A stretch of DNA of 64,000 nt, taken from positions 496,001 to 560,000 of the forward strand of contig JAYWIR010000012.1 in assembly GCA_036172245.1 (NCBI GenBank), written 5' to 3'. The position numbers were made by a program, and so were the translations under genes. This stretch comes from Raillietiella orientalis. Taxonomy: Eukaryota. Positions 56,678-64,000 of the stretch are shown piece after piece (the first letter of the stretch is position 1; each line of letters begins with the position of its first letter). A model generated the notes under the pieces. It worked only from the letters and a program-made list of their open reading frames with translations, was not told the DNA's origin and searched no databases.

Positions 56678-59600
56678 TCATATCAGGTCGGTTTGCCGGT
56701 GCAGCTCCGAAGGCTCTTTCAGGAGCGCGTCGCCCAGGGCGACGAAGGGGTACTCGAAAAGCAGGGTGACCACGACGGAGGCGGCGATCGACAGGAGCAG
56801 GTGGGACGCGTACAGGTACCCCTGAGGAGGGAGAGCGACGGGAGGAGAGAGGCGGAGGACGGCCAGCCACTCACCAGCGTGATGTAGTCGAAGTAGATCG
56901 GAGCTTTCAGGGAGCCAACGTACATCTCCTGGACAGTCAGCGAAACCAAATAGCAGGAACAGGTCAGCCTGCTCAGCGGTACGAAGACCTTCCAGGAGAG
57001 CAGCCGATTGACGGGTCCTGGAGAGACGGGGCGGGAAGCAGGCACTTGCCCTCCGGGGGAGGGAGGGGGAAGGAAGGGGAAGGGGAGGAAGGCGAGCAGG
57101 AGGAGGCAGTGTACAGGGCGAGCCCAGCGCTCTCTTGGAGGCAGCGCCCGAAGTTTCGCCGCGGGGAGCGCTCTCTGTCGACCGGTGCGGGAAGGTAGCG
57201 GATGCCGCCTCCCGCCATCGCTCCGCCTCCGCCGTGGAGGGGAGGGCCGACTCCTTCACTCAGGAGGGAATATGACTGTTTTTTCCTCCTCCCAGCTGCT
57301 TCCGATAGGTGGGAGGGTGGAGCGGGTGGAGGGAAGGGGGTCCCTTACTTTACCTGAGAATCCGTTCTCGCACGTGAACACAACCCATCCTACGGCCAGG
57401 GCCCACACGCTGCGGTGCACCGCCGCGTAGATCCACGTGTCCGGGCCCAGAGGCAGAGCCTCGTTGATGTTCTGGTACGCGTAGATGCCGAACACCGCTC
57501 CGGTGCTGGCGGCAAATGCGAGCAGCCATCCCGCGAAGCGCATCAGCTGGAAGGCCTCAGGAAATCCCGACAGGAACAAGGGGAAGGAGGGAGGGAGGGA
57601 GGGGACACACAAAAGGTCCAGTCGCACGCAAAACAGCAGCGCCGTGCACCCCTTTTCGCCGGGTTCTCTCTCACACAGCTGCAGGGCTCATGGAGAGGGA
57701 ACGTACTGGAAAGGGTACGTTTGGAAAAAGGTGTCAGAAGGAAGAAGAGGATGGGGAAAGCGGCGGCCAGGGTATGCTGTTTCCGGTTTCCAGGAGCGGA
57801 GATCTCCCTCCGGAGTTCAGACTACCCAGGCACGCGTGGAGCGAGTGAAGTCCCCGTCTTGAAGACAAGGGAGGCTCTCTCTGTAGAGAGACGGGACAAC
57901 TCGGATAGTTTCAACTCCGTCTGAAGATGGCAGCTCCGAGAGCGCTCAAGGCTCGCAAGAGCCAGAGCCCTCTAAGATTGCCTGCTTCCGTGATGGTGCC
58001 TTTGGCGCACCCGGAGGAGGAGGGATTTCTCCCGCAGCTTCTTCCTCCCTGTGGTCTTTCGACACGCGCATCTGCATCGGCCTGCTGTGGGAGAATAGTG
58101 GGGTGACGTCGCTCGACTTCAGGACTCCGCGTCCTTCGTCCCCGGACGTGCCGACATTCTCAAGCAGGGCATCAAGGAGCCGTGGCCTCCCCGCAGGAAT
58201 GTTCTTCCTGCTGCGCGCAGACGTCTCCTCGTGGCTCTCCAGCTCGAGCTGCGATCCCGTCATCTCCTTGCCGGAAGGGCGTCTCCAGGGGTTGCCTCCA
58301 CCGGTTGATCGGCGGGCACGAGGACGGTGAGTTGGTTTCCGCCGCGTGGATTCCGTTTGGACGCGGCGCTTGGATACTTGGCTATACTTGCCTCAGCCCT
58401 CCGGGTAGTCCACTCGGAAGACACTCGCACTCCGTCGTGCCGAGAGGTCGTCCCGGACGACGCGTGTGAGACGGAGAGCGCTCTGGAGATTCGCGCGCCG
58501 CCACTCTGGCTCGTGTGAGCGTGCTGGAAACTTGCGGTTTGCTGAGGAACCCCGTGCGCGACGTCGGCGCGCCTCGATGTCGACGAGCAGGCGATGGAGG
58601 CGCGAATGATGGCGCTCCTGCGAGACTACGTCGGCGGCCGTGAGGTTGCGGTCTCCGCGCAAGGAACCGAGCGTCGAGGGTTCGAGTTTTTCCCGCAAGA
58701 TGATGCTGGGCTGACATCTGTTGGCTTCCATTGAGTGGGGATATCAAGCAGCTCCGTGGTACGCAATGGAGGGTGCCTTCCCACCAAGGAAGGAGGGGGG
58801 GAGGGAGGGACGACTCTATTTTCGCAACCGGAGGGAAACCCCGAAGGACTCCTTGATTCCCGGATGGACCACGGAGGTGAACTTTTAATCCCGGCCATTC
58901 AACATGGGCATCCGGCTTTTACCAGTGGCGTATCCGAAGCCAACAGAGGCCAGTCAGCGTCATCTTGCGAGGGGACTCGAAACACAGGACGAACCCATCC
59001 TCGAGAGGCCGATCATCGTATACCGCCCTCGCCGTCGACCTTTCCCCGGCTGGGATTCGAACCCGCAGCACTTGGTGCTACACGCAGACACCTCAGCCTC
59101 ACGACCGCCAACGCGGGCAAGTTGCCTTCAGGGAACCCAGCCAGCTCGGCCTCGAGGAATCCCTTCCCCGAGAGCCTGAGTCTCAGAGGCGCATAGGCCG
59201 CTTCTCGTGAGAGCTGCTCGACGGGACGAACCTGCCAAGGAGATCTGGCCCTTCCGTGTACTAGTCCCTCAGGGCGGCCTCCTCAGTGGCCGATGGCAAC
59301 CCTGATCTCGATGTCGATCCATCCTGCCTCCGCGCGCCTTAGGCTGGCACCGCCTCGGTTGCCAATGAGAGAGGGGGCTCACGGGAGTGTTGGAGCGTAA
59401 TTTCCCAGCATGGCGCCTCACGTCTTCCTTGGCCATCGGAGATTCCTTGGCGCATCCACCCTGCTCGGCAGAGTCAACAGGAAGTGGCCGCTGTGCCTCT
59501 GAGACCCAGGCCCTCGGGGAAAGGATATCCTGAGGCGGAGCTGGCTAGGTTATCATCGCCTGCGTGCTGGGACCACCCGCTCACTCCGAAGGTGAGCTTT

Positions 59601-62268
59601 CTGCTGCGTCCGTACCGGGAAGGCAGCTCCGTTACCATCGCGACGATGCTGCGGCTGCAGGCCGGAAAGTTCCTCGGCGGGGCGGACGACTTCCCCTTTC
59701 CCCGCAAGACCAACAGTGAACGCTTTCCGACGAGAAGAACGCAAGCCTCCTCCTCCTCCTCCTCCTCCTCCTCCTCCTCATCATCATCATCATCATCATC
59801 ATCATCGTCGTCGTCGTCGTCGTCGTCATCGTCCTCCTCTTGTTCAACACCATCATTTTCTCTCCTCTCATCGTTGTCGCCGTCATCGTCATCATCATGG
59901 CCATCGTCGTCATCGCCATCGTCCCTTTCCTTTTCATCATCAACATCATTTTCACCTTCCTCTCATCATCGTTGTCGCGGTCGTCGCCGTTGCCGCACTG
60001 AGACGCCGTTGCCGCGGCAAAACGACCATGTCGCAGAACTGAGAGCGCGCGCAGCACACGCTCCTGGATTCCTGGACGGAGTTTCCCCTCCCCGCGAAAG
60101 ACGCTGGCGGCTGGATGCCCTCCTCGCCTGGCTGCCCGCTGCCGCTCCGACCAGGCGGGAGAGCGTGGAGCGTGGGACGGCGCAAGTCTGAACCTCAGTT
60201 CCTTCCGCCGCCTCCGGGTCCACAGGCAAAAAATCACGTCGCGAGCGCCCGTGACGCAGCACGTTGGCAGGAGTTGGCCTTCCACTGCACTCTCCTCCTC
60301 GCCCCGCCCTCTGGGTGCAGTCAGAGTTTTTTCCTTCCCCTCCTGGCAACCAACGCCTCGGCACCGCCCGGCGGAAGCAGCTGACGCCTTGCTTACCCGG
60401 CGCTTGTTCGCTCCGCCCCACTTGCACCCGAGCGCCCAAGAGCTAAGGGTTGCAGAACAGTTCCATCCTCCCGGCGTCCCTACGACCTGCTTCCGGGAGG
60501 TCGTAGGGACCATTTCATGCCTTCCGATCGGGACTCGGGGTCCAGCGTTGAGACGGCCGGGACTCTTCCCGGAGGTGGAGGTTTTCGAGCGGTTTCGTCC
60601 AAGGGGGCTCGGAGCTGCTGGGGTCGCTGCTGAGGGCTCCTGAGGGAGCGCTCGCTTGTTCCGAGCGGAGGAAGATGGAACGAGGAGGCGAGATGCCACC
60701 ACCGAGAAGCGCTCCCCTCCTTTTCGGGGACATCCCTCTCCCGCCTCCCCGAATCCGGGCTGCTCCGACGAGGTCGGAGAAAGGGACTTACCGGGCAGAT
60801 GTTTATCTTTTCCCTCCGGGTTTTGTAGACGGCGAAAGCGACCCACATTCCAACGGCGTACGGCCCGAAGCGATTGTACGATAGGTAATAGAAATCGGTC
60901 ATGAATCTCCCGCTGAAAGCACACGGAGCGGATGTGGAAATGTGGTCAACAGGGAAGGTCGAACGGGTTCGACCGAACGCGCCGCGAAGCGAGCAAAAGC
61001 AAGAGGAATTGCTCTTTCGGAAGCTGCGTTCGTCTCGTGCTGCCGTCTGATCAAGAGAAGAGGGGATGAGGAATGGGGAAGAAGAAAGGTCACTTCCGCA
61101 TCACTTGAATGCCGTGATCAGATCGGAGGACACGAACTCGCGGGCGCGCAACCCTTGCGCTTTCCGAGATCGGGATGCAAGCATCCCGCAAAGGGGAGGG
61201 GGGAGGGAGAGGGGGGAAAGAAACTCACGGATTCTCGTTGGTGGGTCCAACAACTGGAGCGGGAGGAAAGTGGCCCAGAGCAGTCGTCAGTCCTGGGATG
61301 AGGATGGAGGCTGTGGTTGCTGCGAGCAGCGCCGCGATGCCTGAGGGAAAGCAGTGTGAACTCTTCTTCTTCGTGCTAGTGACGGGAGCGCGGTGCTAAG
61401 AGCTTTCGTGACCTCGTGCTATTTATTCCGTATTTAACTTTTATTTATATTGACCTCTCGTGTTTGTTTTGCCGCCGTGGGTCGGAAGTTCTCTCAGAAG
61501 AACGGACAAGGTCACCTTTCCCCGGGAGACCAACAGTGGACGCTTTCGGACAGGAAGAACGCAAGCCTCCTGCCCATCATCGCCATCATCATCGCCATCA
61601 TCATCGTCTTCATCACCGTCAACGTCGTCGTCACCACCACCACCATAATCGTCACCATCATCGTCATGACACCACCACTACCACCACCACCATCATGATA
61701 ACCGTCACTGTCGCCATCATAATCCATACCACCCCAACACCATCATCATCATTATAATCATTGCTGCAGAGAAACATTTTTTTTTCCAAAAAAAGGAACT
61801 GTTTCTCCTCTCCCTTTTCTCCAGCACGCAGCTTTGACGCCGTTTTAATTTTAGCTCACCTAGGTACCCTTTGGTACCGCGTGTTGGGAGTACCCACTTA
61901 GCCCACCCAATGCTTTTGCGCATCTGCACCCACTTTCGCCGGTCGGGTCCGAAATCCTTGCTCCCTGAGAGGAAACCCAGCCCCGCCGCCATGCACTTCA
62001 CGCGGGGACGATAACCTCTCCTCGTCTCGCGGCGAGCTGGACACGAGCGAGCTCTGTCCCGAGGAGCCGTGTCGATGGGTCGCGAGCCGAACTGCGCGCG
62101 GAGCGCCCGAGTGGTCGCAGACGGACTCGAGGGTACCTCCGGAAGGGTTGGGAAGAACTCAAAATTCTGCTCACCGAATGTCTCGTTCCAGTGGAGAGAG
62201 ATGACGAAGAGGGGTGCGATCAGGAAGAACTGCATCTCGGTTGCCAGGTACCAGGATTGGGGCATGCA
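56678..62268 (-). CDS. NRF-6 / O-acyltransferase-like (acyltransferase-3) membrane protein, 3' six exons; 5' part lies beyond the window
   Basis: Exons 62268-62175 (CMPQSWYLATEMQFFLIAP), 61340-61229, 60912-60792 (YNRFGPYAVG), 57546-57354 (YAAVHRSVWALAVGWVVFTC), 57017-56875 (GPVNRLLSWKVFVPLSRLT) and 56821-56678 (LLFEYPF...*). All are GT-AG and in phase. Confidence 0.88.
58730..59120 (-). mobile_element. SINE-like repeat, copy with canonical B-box
   Basis: Minus strand cccgcgttggcggtcgtgagg...gcgggttcgaatcccagccgggg. The body (ttttcgcaaccggagggaaac...caacatgggcatccgg) matches 63188-63275 and 1478-1510. Confidence 0.65.
59650..60020 (+). repeat. Compound (TCC)n(TCA)n(TCG)n microsatellite with a conserved ~100-bp header
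   Basis: Repeat tract 59746-59995. The header is shared with 61470-61570. Confidence 0.9.
61470..61780 (+). repeat. Compound (CAT)/(CAC)/(CGT) microsatellite with the same header
   Basis: Repeat tract ~61575-61765 follows cctttccccgggagaccaacagtggacgctttcggacaggaagaacgcaagcctcct. Confidence 0.9.
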
Positions 62269-62789
62269 CTGAAACACCAAGGAAAAAAAATTATCTGGGG
62301 GTGAAACACGGCGCGAGACGGCATTGAGGTTCCCACGGCGCTGCTGCGAGGTTCGAAGGCTTTCGCAAGGGAAGGGGCACCGCTACGTGGAAACGGCGTC
62401 CCATTCTCAACGACCCAGGAACTCCCGGAGTCATGGATAAGGAGCGTGAAACCGAGAACACCGAAAAGGGAAGGGAGCGAGGCGAAGGACGCCTGCTGTC
62501 GGATTGCCTCTTCTTGTCCCGGGTCTCCCGTCTCACCTCCGCGTCATCTCTGCCCGTTGGGAGGGATGCGGCGGAGACGGGAAAGCTATGGGATGAAGGA
62601 ATGACCGACGTCCGACAAGGCTTTCGTCCGTCTCGGGGGCCAGTGGAAGAGGCGGTCAGCCATCGCCGCGCGCTTGGCATGAACAGAGAGTGGGTCCCTG
62701 CCTTCGACAGGAGCTTCCTGTCCCGGCTTCTTGCAGGGCTGCGGCCAGAGCCGAAGCGAATGAGACGAATAAGAAAGCTGGAAGGGAAG

Positions 62790-63460
62790 CAGTAAAACAG
62801 GAAGGAACCCTAAAGGGGAGAGGGAATCGATAAGCTATTTAAGGCTGTCTACGAGGCTGTCAACTCTTCAAGTTAGAATGAATCCAGGAAGACTGTGGAC
62901 GAAGGAGTCCGTTCCTTTTACAGTTGCCTGGGAACCCCCAAGGGAATACTAGCCCTTGTTCCTGGAGGAGTTCACTCCTAGTTTCTTTACCGAAGGAAAC
63001 TCATAAAGGATCCGCTCCAGGGATTTCTTCTCTGGAGGGACCCCCTGAGGGAATAATGGCTTCCGAATAAGGGCTTCCGAATTCCTCTGGAGGGCGTTCC
63101 CCGAAGGGAGTAATGTGCTTCTTGCACTCTGCAGAGTCAACCCCCGAGGGGAGATGTCGACCATCTCCACAGGAACCCGACGGCTTCCTTTTCGCAGCTG
63201 GAGGAAAACTCGGAAGGGATCCTTGATGTCCTAGAAGTGGACCCTCGAGGGTCCGCTCAACAAGGGCATCCGGTTTTCTTCTTTCAACATCAGTGCCGCA
63301 CCCGAATAGGCCAACCAGTGCCATCTGCCGGGGGGACTCGAAACCCATGACGCAACCCCTGTTCTCGGAGTCGACCCTTCCCTCTGCGGTGAGGATTCGA
63401 ACCCGCGATTCCCGGCGCTACGCGCGGAAAGACCGCAGCTACGAGGCCGTCAGCGCGGGT
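62790..63460 (-). mobile_element. SINE-like repeat, longest copy
   Basis: Minus strand gcgggttcgaatcctc at ~63406-63391. Colinear with 990-1730. Confidence 0.65.
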
Positions 63461-63769
63461 CGTCTGTTCCTGACGTCACCCCCATGTGGTTTAACCGGGA
63501 AGCTCCCTTCCGCTCTTTTCGCGCCAACCGAGTTCCAACCCGATTGGCAACCTCAAGTCCCTGCTCTCTGCAGTCCCCATCCATGCAGTCGCGGGATTTC
63601 TGACGGAAATCTTCCCAAGAGAAAGCGGGTGACGGATGAGCCATCGAGAGTTCACCAAAAGAAGAACGACATGGGAATGCTCAAGGAAGCTCTACAGGAC
63701 TGATGATGAACCATCCAAAGTTGACGCCGTCCCGCAGATGCAGCGGGCTGAGAGGAGGCGTTTCGGACA

Positions 63770-64000
63770 GTAAGCACGTCGGTCCATAGCGTACCATGAA
63801 GTTGGTCGCTCCCGAAAGCCTCCCCCTCCAGAGCTTCAGAAGCGCGCTGCTCTTCACTGGGTTCTCTCTCCAGGGGAGGAAACGAGGAGCGAATTCTTTC
63901 CTGGTTCCCTTTGGAGAAGAAATGGGAAGTGTCTCTCCCCTCCAGAGGGAGGTGGAACTATGATGGGAACTCTCTCCAGAGGGACCCCCGGTCCCTCAAA
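63770..64000 (+). mobile_element. Inverted partial copy of the same repeat body, cut by the window end
   Basis: Its reverse complement contains gctcctcgtttcct, gagcagcgc and catggtacgc, as in 1337-1442. Confidence 0.5.

Noticed and set aside
55054..58900. Many overlapping Arg/Pro/Gly-rich ORFs
   Set aside because: Expected in GC-rich DNA; apart from the acyltransferase exons there is no consistent splice or motif support.
59040..59120. tRNA gene (B-box ggttcgaatccc)
   Set aside because: No complete cloverleaf could be folded, and the motif is part of a multi-copy repeat with shared flanks.
59484..60924. Long ORFs (235 aa poly-Ser, 430 aa, poly-Pro/His) in the ORF track
   Set aside because: They are artefacts of the trinucleotide microsatellite and stop-poor GC-rich intron sequence; only 60912-60792 is a real exon.

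Overview
This is eukaryotic (animal, probably arthropod/crustacean-like) genomic DNA; the taxon is inferred from gene families and intron style only. I reconstructed spliced genes by hand. (1) A secreted, Cys-rich CUB-type gene (-, 7491-10230) with a 5'-deleted pseudogenic tandem copy (2708-4007). The pair lies in an old tandem duplication that has two sharply bounded near-identical patches. (2) An AT-rich, CpG-poor housekeeping block with SPG7/paraplegin (+), MARCHF6 (+) and an intronless GNL2/Nog2 (+). SPG7 and MARCHF6 have very short 38-55 nt introns. (3) DNAAF3 (-, 40396-51953, 6.3-kb first intron). (4) The 3' half of a GC-rich NRF-6/OacA-like acyltransferase-3 gene (-), running off the window end. 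The intergenic and intronic DNA holds a decayed CR1-like LINE, other LINE scraps, a Mutator-like TIR element, a repeat family with a tRNA-like segment, a perfect 38-bp palindrome and a two-copy element carrying a trinucleotide microsatellite. No rRNA, genuine tRNA or CRISPR array was seen. I found no clear-cut new biological system. The best leads are the patchy homogenisation of the duplicate, the ultrashort and stop-free 3n introns, and the microsatellite-carrying element.
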